A DNA stretch of 64,000 bases, from positions 434,001-498,000 of the forward strand of contig JALDZX010000007.1 of the NCBI GenBank assembly GCA_022813865.1, given 5' to 3'. The notes under the pieces were generated by a model, which saw only the letters and a program-made list of their open reading frames with translations, searched no databases and was not told the DNA's origin. The stretch's first letter is position 1, and each line of letters opens with the position of its first letter. Made by a program: the position numbers and the translations under genes. This document shows, piece by piece, positions 46,505 to 59,360 of this stretch. This DNA comes from Xylographa opegraphella (Eukaryota).

Positions 46505-46766
46505 TCGAGCCCCACCACATACAGTCTTTCAGAATGGCGAGTGGGTTGTGCTTGAGACACCCCCAAAGATATAAAAGAAATATTCCAAGCACGGTCTCCC
46601 CGGAATGCGTAGAACTGTGCTTGCGATACTTTGAGATATTTGGATTTGTGGCCCAAGCGCAAGTCTTTGAGTGGTGGGCACTGTGCTTGGGGGCTATCCG
46701 GGATATTGGATGGACGAAGGGGTTAATGTGGGTCACTGCCCTTGCGGATGGCGAAGCCCAGTGCCC
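46505..46766 (+). ncRNA. Candidate structured ncRNA: four related tandem hairpin units
   Basis: Units recur every 66-78 nt. Each folds as a stem (e.g. CAAGCACGGT/ACTGTGCTTG; CCCAAGCGCA/TGTGCTTGGG). G-U pairs work on the + strand only. No family recognised. Confidence 0.4.
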
Positions 46767-47422
46767 GGGACGGGGGAAGGATGACGATCGTGTTTGGTGG
46801 CCGGTTGTCAGAGGTAAACGGGAGTGTTCTGGTGGGAAGGCGAGGAGAAATGAAGGAGAGGGTGGTGAACATCGAAGGAAAGCGTGAAGCGGAGTGAAGA
46901 AGAGAGGGATGGTTACCGCAGAATGTTGTGGTGAGAAGAAGAAAACCTGGCGAGTCTCGCGTGAAGATCGCAAGACGAAAAATCACAATCACTGCGCTGC
47001 GGGTCTGGTAACTAGTTCTATGTTAATGATTGCTATTGAAAGCCCACTAGCCGCGTGGCTGCGCAACATTCATTATTGCTAAGCAAATCTATGAGAGCCC
47101 ATACTGAGCAATACCGATATCGTGTCCCCATTTTGGCACCATTAGCAAGGCTCCTTTTATGATATGCTGTATCCGCTCCATCCGGAACTGTATGTTCCCG
47201 GCGAGATTGTTGCAACCACCAAAATAGGTAAGAAATTGCTCCACAGCAAGAGTAGCAAAGCTGGAGAGCGCAACCCTCAGTCCCTTTAGCTTTGTCCCAT
47301 TTCGCCTTTGACGTCCAATAATTGCCTCCTCATGGTGCAGAGATAGCAATAAACATTCACCATCAAAGCCTCACCATTCACGCTGTAGCATTTTCGCTCA
47401 GTCTTGGCGCAGGTCCTACTAA

Positions 47423-50400
47423 TCAAGCGACAGTCAAGCTGGCTCTACTTTCGGGAAGATGTAAATCTGGAGACACGATATCGATAAGGCTTCCCGTTGT
47501 AGCAGTGCTAGTGCTTCTAGCAGATACAGGCCTGATCTCGGGTGATCTCCCACTGGTCACCGAGGTTCCATCATCCTCAGTTGATGCAGGCACTGCAAGC
47601 CGAGACTCCTCCACGTGAGCTTGTTTTCGTAGCTTCAATCGCTCCTCAGGTGGCACTTTCTGCCATTCGGAGCCAAAAGTAATAACAGAGGCTTTTTTAC
47701 CATGGAGAGTGAAGGTGCCCGTGCCTCTCGAGAGTCCTTCACCTTCCGCAGCTGAGGAATTGTCTTCCGTGATGGCGATGCTTGAGGAAGAATCTTTCCC
47801 TTTCCTACTTCGATGATGATTTGGTAATTTCCGATGAAGGCTGTGCCGCACTTTCGTTAGACTGTCGTTCCCGTCCGTATCTTGGCCCTTTGTCTTGTCA
47901 TCCTCGGACGGTAGCTCTGAGGTATTGTTTACATCTGAGGTCGTAGATTCGCGCGAGACCAAGCCAACCTCCACGAGTAAGCCGTGCTCTGCATCATCCT
48001 CGCGCTCTGCAGGCATGCTTATCTCCGCAGATACCTTTTCTGCCATAGCGTTTTCTAGTATGGGAGCATGGATTGGTTCTTGGAGCTCAGGTTCGGAAGC
48101 CATGGCCGGATTGCCTGAAGACGTTGTGTGTCTACTTGCCGACAAGGATGTTTTGCGATCGAAGGCTAATTGAGGAAGTTCCCAAGATCCTTGTGCTTTA
48201 TGCTGAGATAATAATCTCGTTGGGGATCGAAAAATATCTTCCATACTGAAGAGCCGACCACCAGACGGCTGAGTACCAGGACGAGAGTTGCGAGATATAT
48301 TTTGGGCCGTGGTACTGCCTTTGGAGTTGAGGCGGCTGAAACCTGCTCTGTTCTGAGCTTTACTGGAGGACGGGGACAGTGCGGTATGGTGAGGAACTTC
48401 CACTGGCTTTGCTTCCCCCCCAGAGCTCAATCCCACGTCCTCTTCCAGATCCATTGAGAGGATGTCGCGATAACATCGAATTCTCCATGACTCCATCCTC
48501 GCCCACCGAACGTTTGCTGCGAGTTTTAGAGCAGCCGATACTACATCCTCACGAGTCCTCAATTGAATCGGAGCCAAGAGTTGCAGATGCCTGGCATTTC
48601 GTAGTTGGCCATCCAATTGCTTCTCTGCAGCAGCCAATTTCTCGTTTGCCTCTAAGATCTTTTGACTCATGATCTGTCGACGAGCCACCATAACTTGCTG
48701 AGCTAGCTCGTCATCGAGCCGGCCTTTTCTGATCTCGACTTCACCAACGGGTCCATTGACGGAATGTGAAGAGGGTGCTCGATTTTGTGTCTGCGAATCC
48801 GAACGTTGTATTCCGTCTGCGAGACCACCAACCACGCCTCTCATGCGCACGCCAGCTGTGCGGAAAGCTGCGGCATAATTTAGCTTCGCTAGCCAATCAT
48901 GCATATCAGCGTCTGAATCAGCAAGGAGTACTTCTTGAAAGACGTTTTGCCTTGTGAATACGAACGCATGTTTGTGTTTTTTGTAATTAGAGTCTACTAG
49001 AGCAACAACATCTTCGGTAGACAGTAAGAAATCAGGTTTAAACTGCTCCAACGGCGGTTTAAATACAACAGGCGTGCCCGACCTCCCTTGTTTATGGTGA
49101 GTGTCGTGCTGACTTATTAACGACTTGATCCATGAGGTATTTCGAAAGAAGTACAGCTGGGAGCCAGTAAGGATAGCCCCCCATTCTTGCCAAGGTGATC
49201 GGGCCTTCTTTTTCTTGGTATCTTTTCTCCACAGGATTCCAACCTTGGTAACCTTCATATCAACAACCCCAACTTGAGCTTCCAGTGGATTTGTGATTGT
49301 TGCTTGTGTCATAAACGCATCTGGACGAGACCTCGAGGAAACAATTTGAATGATGCCAGTTTTGTAGAATGTTCTTTGAAGTTCGGCAAGATTCATAGAT
49401 ACCCCAGAGCAAAGGTAGTTGAATGGATCTTGCATTTCGAGAATTTCGTCTAGCGATGGTCTGATAGTGTCCAGTTTACCGTCTAAAATCAGCGCGTAGG
49501 GATCTACAGGACCAGTTCCACTTTTTTTGATTGAGCTCTTGCCTGGGCCCTTGAACCCAGAATTACGAGACTTTGCCGCAAGGATTTTGTCTCCGGTAAT
49601 CTCAACATCATCCTCGACATGAATGAAAGGCGTGTAGACGATGTTATCATAAAAGCATTCGAGTATCTCTTGAGGTACACCTTGACCTCTGGTATTCTTG
49701 GTGTAGTCACTCTTTTGCATTTTATGTTTGTTGTTCTTGTTAAAGACGTCGGTATGTAATATAAGTATAGAAAATGCGATGAAGTAGGCCTCGTCTGTTC
49801 ATATGTCAGTCGAATGCTTATCGATGTTTTGGAGGAAACAGACCTGGTGACAGAAAAATTCCTGGGTTACATTCATGATACCGGTCGGCAAAGGACTGGA
49901 GTGTCCGATCAATGTGCTGAGTTTCTTTGGGCAGTTCAACATGCATTAACATCTTTCGAACAGCCATGTCTAAGGGGTCCTCAAAGAATTTGAAGCGCCG
50001 CATGTAACTTCGCAAAACATTTCTGGAGAACTCGTCATCGGACTTTGAGAGCAACGCGGCTATTGCACCACGATTTACGACTTCTTCAAGACGTGCAAGA
50101 TATTTGGCAGGCGTGTCACCTTCTTGGCGCTCAGGGATCACCACCGGAGGCTCTCTACTTAAGCTGAAAGAGTTTTGCTTCGAGCCCGTGGAGCCTGGTG
50201 TTTCCGGTGTCCCGCCTGTGTTCAAACCACTACGTCCAAACATTGGTTCAGAGCTCTGCCTGAGACGGGACAAATTGAAGATCCCGCCCAGACTTGTTCT
50301 CCCAGATGTAGATGTAGATGTTCTAGTAGACTGTGGTATGGGTGGTGTGGGAAGTCCATCGTCCTCTATAGCTCTTCGAAGTGAACTCATCGTTGATGAC

Positions 50401-51549
50401 CTCCCACGCAACTGGAGACCTGCTGGACGTCCAGTAGTGATCGAAGATCTTGCAGATCGATGCGATGCAGATGAGTCACTCCTTAATAAAGTCGATCCTG
50501 GTGCAGCAAATGTTAGGGATGTAGCGGCGAGCGCTGTGTGCGTGGGAGAAGATTGCCCCTTTGGTCGATGAAATAGATTAGGCATATCGGGATATTCGGT
50601 AGCGGTAGAAAAAGAGTGACGAATCGGTGACTCGGACGGGCGACCACTTGTTGAAAGACGAGGAGTGCTGGCTGCAGAAAGATCTGAAGTGATTACTCGT
50701 GGGGGCAAAGGAAATAGTGGACCTCTATCCTTTTTCCGCCGAGGTAAACGGAAAAAGGTAGTAGTTGTAGATACAGTGTGAGTGGTAGTTGTGCTTGCAA
50801 AAACTCCATGATCACTCCCGTCTGACCTTGAAGAATCCGACAACCGTGATAGTGGAAGAGCTAAGGCTGAGCTCGACTCGTCTCCATACGCAGGCGGAGC
50901 AGTGGTTGCACGAGATGTAACAGATCCGTCATTGACGACTGGCGAAATTTGTGGCCGCTTTGAATCTTCACCGGTAGTGGGTTCTCTACTGAAGGATGTT
51001 CTTGAGGGCTTGAATGCAAAACTTCGACCAGGAATAGGTACTTGAGGCGATTTCAACCGTCGAGGTAACGTGTGAGCTTGCTTACGCCGTGGTTCATCAA
51101 GGTTATCTTGTGTAGGTGCAGTTGTGATGATTGCTGGGGTCGAGACTGCCGCAATTTAACCATTAGCATCCTATTCCTAAACCTTCGCCCAGCTGATGCT
51201 TACATGGCACAGGAGGAGCTTCCGAACTAGCCTGCTCCTTTGCAGTTTTGGATAATTGTGAGTCTGATGCATGTCGGAACTTGAGCATGCTGAAGGGACG
51301 ATGCTTTGGTGTTCTGGCAGGTACCGGAGGACTGCCAGCTCTTTCCCCGGAAGATCCATCATTTACAGCGCTCAAGGACACAACGGAATCGCGAAAACGC
51401 CTTGGAGTGTCAGACGGACGCTTCGATTGGGTTTGAAAACCGTAATCAATGGCTGAAAAGGGAACAATGGGTGGTAAAGGATCAAGAGCACTGCGCCGGC
51501 GAAGGTCTTTCTCGCTGGGTTTCTCAAGGCGTGAGCGATTCCACGGCAT
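47423..51549 (-). CDS. Sec7 plus PH domain ARF guanine-nucleotide exchange factor, Syt1-like (3 exons)
   Basis: Sec7 motif DPLDMAVRKMLMHVELPKETQHIDRTLQSFADRYHECNP|...AYFIAFSILILHTDVFNKNNKHKM, then PH domain KVGILWRKD...WQEWGAILTGSQLYFF...DWLAKLNYAA. Confidence 0.92.
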
Positions 51550-52027
51550 AGTACATTGATTGTCAACTGGATATCATCGATATATCTCGGATGCCATAAA
51601 TCTGGTGCGTGGGAAGATCGCAACAGAAAGGGATTGAGCAAATACACGGCAGGCAGCAAGCGGCCAGAATGTTTTGAATGAGTGACTGAGCGTAAGTGTG
51701 ATAGATACGTGTATGGTGTCCTTACAGATCACCAGAAGAGATTTCAACAGTGATGGGAGATGGACGTGAACCTCTCTAGCCTGTACTGTGTAGAATCCAT
51801 AGACTTTTGGTTCCTGATTTCCAGCACCAGGGCTGGCTTGGCTGCTACTTTAGCCTCTTTTAGCGGCGGAACCGTGCAACGTCAGCTCCCCGGCATTAAT
51901 CGGCATTAGTAGCCCTACGGAAAGCCATCCCCAGGCAGCGGTTCTGTATAACTCGACACCACACGCGACCATCGCTGGCTTCTTCTGTTTCAATATGAAG
52001 GCCTGACGGTCCTCAATTGTGCTCATT

Positions 52028-53889
52028 ATGCGTTTCATACTACAATTGCACTCGCTTCTGTCCGTTCTGGTGTGGAGTGTCGTGCTGCAGCCAGTAGCAA
52101 TTGCAAGTTCTTGGCCTGTGAATGCCCCCCAATCCCCTGGTCTACCTTTCCAGCTTCCACGTTTCCAACAAAAGACTGTGGACCATCGAGCATTTCTCAC
52201 AAGGTTAAGGGATGGCATTGTACAGAGTATCTGGGGATTATCCTCGAGAACTGGGTCGGAAAGTCGCGTAAAACCAGCATCGTCGCCCATGTCGAGTCCT
52301 CCTCCAAGAGTGTTAGCGCGGTACGGAGGAGATGTTGTACTTCGTTTCCGTATACAAAAAAAGGACGAGGCCAAAGCATTAGCCGAGGCCGTGAACGTGT
52401 TATTCTTGGATGTTTGGGAATTCAACACAGATTGGGTGGATATTCGATTGGCAAAAGACGTTGTGCGTCGAATCCTCACCTTCTTCGGAGAGAGTATAGC
52501 TAAGTATGGTCCTAGATACCATCTCTACTGGGACTACTTCCAGTATGTCTTCACAAGTCACACACCCCACTTATGCATGACCTTGCTCAGACTATTTTCG
52601 AATCATATCCTTCTCATTTTTCCGATGAACCACAACAACCGTCTCATCATATCCATCGTGGCTTCACTCCATCCATCCAAAAGACACCGGACGAAACAAA
52701 CATTTTCTTCCAGCAGTATCAGCCATTATCCGTCATCCAGCCATGGTTACGGCTCATGGAGTCGCTCTTCCCTACCCATGTCCGTCTTATCAATGTTGGG
52801 ATTACATATGAGGGCCGTGATATAACCGCGCTTCGCGTAGGTGTGCATCCGACGAACGCAGAGAAACCAATGGACCCTAGAAAGACCATAATAGTGGCAG
52901 GGGGCTCACACGCTCGAGAATGGATCAGCACGAGCTCAGTTAACTACGTAGCTTTCTCTTTAATCACGGAATATGGAAAGTCAAAGCAAATGACAAAGCT
53001 AGTGGAAGAATTTGATTGGATATTTATACCCACTTTGAACCCGGATGGATATCTCTACACATGGGAGAACGATCGATTGTGGCGGAAGAATCGTCAACAG
53101 ACCAATCTGCGTTTCTGTAAAGGACTAGATCTCGACCGGACTTACGGCTTTGAATGGGATGGGCATGCTACTAAAAGTAATCCATGCTCTGAAAGTTTTT
53201 CGGGAGAAGAGCCTTTTCAAGGCGTCGAAACAAGCAGATTTGCAGGCTGGGTTAAGAATGAGACAGAGCAGAACAATGCCAAATTCGTTGGATTTCTAGA
53301 TCTGCATTCATATTCTCAGCAGATACTGTACCCATACTCTTACTCGTGCAGCTCTGCTCCACCATCCCTCGAGAATCTTGAGGAGCTTGCCATGGGTATG
53401 GCCAAAGCTATTCGCCATGTGAGTGGCGAAAACTACGACATCGCATCCGCTTGCGAAGGGAGTATTATGGGGAATGCGAAGGGTAAGAAGGAGCACGAGA
53501 TATGGTCGAGAATTGAGGGTGGGGGTGGTAGTGCCCTTGACTGGTTTTACCACGAAGTGAACGTCACATACGCCTATCAACTGAAACTACGCGATACTGG
53601 CAGCTATGGGTTTCTGCTACCGAGTAAGAACATTGTACCATCCGGAAAGGAGATGTTTGCTGCTATCACATACTTCGGGAATTACCTTCTCGGAAACAAG
53701 GGCATCGAAGTGTCTGATACGGTGGAGAATACAAAAAACCAGGTCCCGCTAGATGTCATCTCCTCACAAGTCTCGCGGCCAGTTTCTTTACTCGACGTCA
53801 ATTTGCTTCCTAAATCTCTGGTATCTGAAGCACTCAACGAAGAGGACATACCCGAGGAGTCCAACTGGGAGCTCGGACGAAAGCGGTAG
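52028..53889 (+). CDS. ECM14: Ecm14 inactive M14 metallocarboxypeptidase (intron 52463-52515)
   Basis: Signal peptide and prodomain, then HAREWI, NPDGY, WRKNR, DLDR and [23 protein letters not shown] has Lys in place of the catalytic Glu270, the Ecm14 hallmark. Confidence 0.93.
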
Positions 53890-54276
53890 GATTGCATGTA
53901 GTAACATTGGTAGGCGTTATTGGCTTGGCAACGGCGTAAATGGATGGCATAGCCAGACATGGCTGGTTGGGCATGTGTTACGATCTCCGGTCGGGATTTT
54001 CAAATACACTCTTACAGCTTGTATATCATTATGTACGATCTACGGAGCAACATCTCCAAGCATCTTTCGCCGCAAGCGCAATCGAGCACATTAACCATTT
54101 CCATGCACACTTCGATATCCCATCGTGTGCGAATACCGCAAATAAACTCGATCAGAGATGTCCATGTAGATCAGTACTATTTATCAAATACCCAGAACAG
54201 TACTCTCCTCCCACGGCACTTATTCCCCTCCCAAATGCTACAAACCCAAAAACACATCAAACACGAAGAACTTCTC

Positions 54277-55800
54277 ATGGCCCACGACAGCAAGCCCCAC
54301 GTCCTCGTCATCGGCGCCGGCGTGATCGGGCTACAAACCGCCGTGACGCTCCTCCGCGCCGGCTACGCGGTGAGCATCGTGGCCGAGTACTGGCCCGGAG
54401 AGGGGCAGCCGTTGTATACCAGTGATTGGTAAGTACGACGGCATTGATTGTGCGTCCGACTATGATTGGCGGCTTGAGTTTCAAATCATTGGGAGTTGGG
54501 ATGACGTTCATCAGGGAAAATACTTTATCAGGAAAAGAGCTATCAGGAGAGGGCATGGTTCTTGTTTTTTACGGGCGTTTTATATAGCTTTACTCTTGTC
54601 ATTCAGGAGGCGTAATGGATGAATGGGAGAGACGCGGTGGCTAACATGTCCTCAGGGCGGGAGCACACTGGCGGACGCACGCCTCGGCAGAGGAGAAGGA
54701 GCTGTGTGAGTGGGACACGGAGACGTATCGGGCCTGGGGAGAGATGCTCAAGCAGGAAGAGAGGGAGGGGAGGAAGGGGAAGAGTGGCTTGGGGGTGAGT
54801 TACTGCGCTGCTTTGTTCGTCGCTAATAGGGTCATCTACTGCACGGTTCATATGAATGAGGATGTTCGTTGGACTTTGCTGATTGCTCAACAGGTCTATA
54901 CCTCGCTCCACTACTGGTAACCGATTTCCTACACTTTGTTGCGGGAGTGTGACTAAGTGCTAGAATAGGGACACCCACGCTCCCGAGATTGCTAACGGTG
55001 CGTCCTCCCTCTGGTGGTCCTCCGTGGTCTCGGACTTCAAGGTCATTCCGCCAACTGAGTTGCCCGATGGTGTCCATTTGGGTGTATCTTTCTCCACATT
55101 TGCAGTAAACGTACCCAAATATCTCCAGTACTTGCTCTTTTGTGTAGTGGCTCATGGTGGCCGCCTTTATCGCGCTCGAATACCAACCCAGAACGGTATT
55201 GGAGCTACAGTAGACAAGGCCCGGGCCTTGGTAGGTGGGTCGAAAATCCACGCATACGTGAATGCCTCAGGCATTGGAGCAAGAAATATTGCAAAAGATG
55301 AGGCTGTAGAACCGATAAAAGGCCAGACTTTGCTAGTGAAAGGGGAGGCAAAGTGCATAGTTACACGGCTTGGTAAAAGCAAGGGGGAAATTCGTATTGT
55401 TATCCCAAGGCCGGGTAGTGGAAGTAGTATCATCGGCGTGACAAAAGAGCAGGGCATATGGGATACGACAGTAAGCGAGAGTTCAAAGCAGAACTTTCTG
55501 TCTGGATGTAAGGAGTTGGCACCGGAGTTGCTGGCAAAAAACGGAGAATTTGAGCTTTTGGGTGTACAAGTAGGACTACGGCCAGCACGTAAGGGTGGTC
55601 CTTGTGTTGCTGCCGAGGTTCTAGGAGGAGGAGAACTCATTATTCACGAATATGGCCATTCCGGCGCTGGGTAAGTAACGTTTCTCTGGTGTTGACATCT
55701 TTGACGAGCTTACCATGCGCGGCACAGGTACCAGAACTCGATTGGAAGCGCAAACAAAGTGCTGAGGCTTCTTCGACAGCACAAAACCGCAAAGCTGTGA
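54277..55800 (+). CDS. D-amino-acid oxidase family FAD oxidoreductase with PTS1 (multi-exon)
   Basis: VLVIGAGVIG (FAD-binding GxGxxG), YTSDW|AGAHW, VNASGIGA, PIKGQTLLV, VGLRPAR and HEYGHSGAG|YQNSIG. The C-terminus is -AKL* (peroxisomal PTS1). Confidence 0.93.
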
Positions 55801-55820
55801 ACAAGTCCTTGAAAATGGAT

Positions 55821-56705
55821 TCATGAATTCAGCTCAAGATCAGTCACGACAGCTCTGTGATCCGAGTTAAACACGCCGTCGTCAAAGCGGTTCTCTAAGA
55901 CAGCGTAGCTTTTCACAGACCATGGGTCTTGTACGCCTTTTTGACAAGACTCAAGATTCAATTTAACGAAGATGAAATCGATTCTAGTAAGTGGCAGAAC
56001 CTCATGGCCAAACCCTGTAAAGGTGTTCGAATGACCATACCGAAGCTGAGAAGGAACAAGGTTATGAACATCGTACATAGGGGAGTGGTCCGCCAGGTAA
56101 CGATATGCTTCCATGTTAGTTTCGCTGTTCAAGTCGCCGGCCAGGAACGTTGCTATGTCTGCTCGACCAGCCCGATGCGACATATCATGAGCTTGAGTTG
56201 CTATTATCTTCGCAGCTTCCAACCGTGACTTGCTTCCTTGATCATCCAAATGTGTGTTCATGGCAATCAGCTCCACTTTGGTCTGTCGGTGCTGGAACTT
56301 GCCTATGGTCAAAATTCTGATGGAAGCAGCATCCCAGCTCTTGGAAGGCTTTCTGGGAGTTTCGGACAGCCAAACAGTCTTGAAATCTAGCAAATTCCAT
56401 ACAGCGGGGCGGTAGAATATTGGAGAGTATTCTCCAGCTTGTTTCCCATCGTCTCGTCCCACACCGATGTACCGCCATTGATCATCAGTTTCGTTCAGTA
56501 GCGAAGAAATGTGTAGTAGCTGCTCGTGCAAGACTTCCTGAAGACATATAAATGCTTCCGGACTATTGAGCGTGTGGAACTTAAGCTCATTCACAAGCTT
56601 TGCCTTGCGAATCACCCAGAGCTCTTCTCCCTCGAATGGAGACTGGGTAGCGTACCGAATGTTATGTGTGAGAACTCGTACCGGTGTAGAGATGGGGGAC
56701 TTCAT
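55821..56705 (-). CDS. Endonuclease/exonuclease/phosphatase (EEP) family protein
   Basis: THNIRY, LQEV, GVGRDDG...GEYSPIFY, NTHLD, GDLN, RIDFIF and SDHRAV. Confidence 0.93.
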   Translation of the reverse strand: MKSPISTPVRVLTHNIRYATQSPFEGEELWVIRKAKLVNELKFHTLNSPEAFICLQEVLHEQLLHISSLLNETDDQWRYIGVGRDDGKQAGEYSPIFYRPAVWNLLDFKTVWLSETPRKPSKSWDAASIRILTIGKFQHRQTKVELIAMNTHLDDQGSKSRLEAAKIIATQAHDMSHRAGRADIATFLAGDLNSETNMEAYRYLADHSPMYDVHNLVPSQLRYGHSNTFTGFGHEVLPLTRIDFIFVKLNLESCQKGVQDPWSVKSYAVLENRFDDGVFNSDHRAVVTDLELNS

Positions 56706-57056
56706 AGCCGTAACTATGGTTTTTCGAAGTAGTATTCCTGAACAAGATGGAAGGCAGATGGCCGAAAAGATAAATATGAGGAAGACGTTCTATGGCCGAA
56801 GTTACGTGAGTTCTTTAGCAGCTGTACGGTATCCTAACGATTCGGTAAATCTATTGGCCGAGACCGGCCGCCGGTGATGGCTAACCGACTCCAGTCACCC
56901 CACCAAGAGAACCCCTCCAATTTAGAAAGGATATTGTGAATTGCGCAGAACGAGTGCTCCAACGGTCCCTGGTGTGTTGTTGCAGCTTCCGAGAGGAAAA
57001 TAGGGCCATAGGATACGTTCGAAAAAACTCCCGTCAGCTATCGGCATTCCGACATA

Positions 57057-58565
57057 ATGGCGGAAGAAACTCAAGTCGGTACGCACATGTTTCATTTGTG
57101 ATCGTGTGACGGTTATGTGGATATCACAGCTACACCGGAGTGCATTGGAGAACAGCAGAAGATCTCTAGAGCTTACTTCATGTCTAGATTACTCCTTGTC
57201 CAACTCGGATACCCTCACCAAGTATAAGACTGCTGCTCGAATTGCACACCAAGTCCTCGAGACTGTAACCGGTGAACACCACACTGGCGGAAGCAGGGAC
57301 GTGCTGATTTTTTCTAGGATGGTGTGTCGAAGGCGAAAAAATTCTGACGATATGCGAGCGCGGAGACAAGCTTCTGGATGAAGAAGTCGGAAAGGTTTAT
57401 AAAGGCAAAAAGATCTCCAAGGGTCTGTTCAACCGCGCATGTAATAGCGGAATATGCAGGTTTTGATATTCGCCAGGAATTGCACATCCTACAACTGTCT
57501 CACCGAGTTCTTTCGTCACACCTTATACTCCACTAGCATCCGATCCTGTGGATGCTGCGGTCGTGCTCAAGCCCGGAGAAGTTGTCAAAATCCAACTCGG
57601 AGCCCAGATCGACGGATTTGGGACTATTGTTGGTGACACAATCATTATACCCTCGAAGGAAAACGAAAACAACGAGATACCGGGCCGTGAGGCAGATCTC
57701 CTTCTTGCAACCCATTATGCTAACGAGCTTTTGTTGAGACTCATGATTCCGCCCGGGTTAATGTCATCAGGATCCGAGGAAGAGAAGAAGAAAGCTGCAC
57801 TGGAGAAACCGATCACGCAATCCAAAATAACGCAACTACTCGAGAAGGTCGTTAAAAGTTACGATTGTAACTTAGTCGAGAACACAACCTCGTGGGTCTT
57901 TGAAAGAAATGAGATTGAAGGAAAGAAGAAAATAGTACTCGCTCCAAGCGAAGGACAGAAGGGTGAAGGGGTGCCAGAAGTGGGAGAGGCTTGGGGTGTT
58001 GAAGTAGGAGTCAGTCTGGGAAGCGGGAAAGTCAAGACGCTGGAGAACAGGCCCACACTGCATCGAAGGACGACGACAACATATGGTTTGAAAAGACCGA
58101 GCTCAAGGCAGATCCTGTCAGAAATTGTAAAGAAATTTGGAACCTTCCCTTTTAGCCTCCGACAATTGGACGACGAGCGTGCGGCTAAGGTTGGCGTTGT
58201 TGAGTGTGTCCGTTCAAATGTCGTAAGACAGTATGAGGTAATTGCAGACAAGGATGGGGCAGCGGTATCTAGGCTATTCACAACCATAGGTATAATGACT
58301 AACATAACAATATCAAAAATTGAGCAATCACTGATAGTAACTAGCAATCACAAAGAACGGCTTGATGCTTCTCAGCGCTCCGCCAGGCCCGGACCTCACA
58401 AAATTCAAGACAGACAAGAAGATCACGGATACTGAAATATTAATGATCCTCGAACAGCCTATATCAAAATCGACAGGCACAAAGAGCAAGAGTAAGAAGA
58501 AGAAGAAGAAGCCTACCAAAAAGGCTGTCGAGGAAGAGTCTGAAGAGAGTAGCGAAGAGGAGTAA
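57057..58565 (+). CDS. CDB4: Curved-DNA-binding protein Cdb4 / PA2G4 (EBP1) homolog, inactive M24 fold (5 exons)
   Basis: DYSLSNSDTLTKYKTAA|...ICERGDKLL...VYKGKKISK|GIAHPTTVS, KIQLGAQIDGF, FGTFPFSLRQL and a Lys-rich tail KSKSKKKKKK. Confidence 0.93.
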
Positions 58566-59360
58566 GTATCATTGGAGGCGAAAAGGGAAGGCTGCATGGT
58601 TGCGTAAGATGGAAGCACTCTGACCGGATCTGCTGGTGAAAGTGGGGCGGCATTAGGACGACTTCTCGGGGCATACTCGACCGAGACCTGTTATTGCTTC
58701 AAGGTGAGCCTGTCAGTCTTCAAGGCCATCATTTGGTGTTCAGTCAGCCGAACAACACTAGGTAGAGAGCGGGAAGAGCAGCCTTGGCCACACAAAAGTT
58801 GCTTCAGGGAATTCACACTGCAATACCTATTGTGTGTTCATAGTCTATTGTGAATCTCGTCAATACACCTGCTTTCCGTCATTGCCGCCTTCCCCATGTC
58901 TCCTCCTCTCTTCATACACTAAACGTCGCCCCTTTCTTATGGTCTTGGTGATATTATTTGAAGCCGCGTCCACCTCATTGCGGTCGCACAGAGTCTTGGC
59001 CAGCGGGTCTCTTTTCATTCATCACTCTCGTAAACAGTGACGCCGATCTGATCCCTCCCAAACTAAGAAGAGTAATCAAGTCATAAATTAGACTCACGCT
59101 GGTGATTGAAAGGCATTTAAGAAGGGTAGCTGACCCCCTCCCCTGCTGCTCGCTTCGGGCCGCGGTCTTCTTACTTTCCAAAACCAACACCCAAACCCCC
59201 AGAGATCCACGCGACGGAAAGCGTGATCTGACCTCCGTGCAGCCCAAAGAACCTCTGTAAATTGGGCCCGTAAGTCATTACTTTCGTGCCTTGATGTATA
59301 TGAGGTTGCCCTGAACTGACAAGTCGCAGTACACGGTGGCTTCTCCCCGGCGATTCCGCC

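Noticed and set aside
46300..47000. Telomerase RNA, RNase P/MRP, SRP RNA or U3
   Set aside because: I found no TAACCCTAA template, no GAAAGTCCCC or CR-V motif, and no U3 box A or SRP helix-8 signature by eye.
53560..53620. Loss of the catalytic Glu in the carboxypeptidase (pseudogene or novelty?)
   Set aside because: Glu270-to-Lys is the known hallmark of the Ecm14 pseudopeptidase family, and the ORF is intact.
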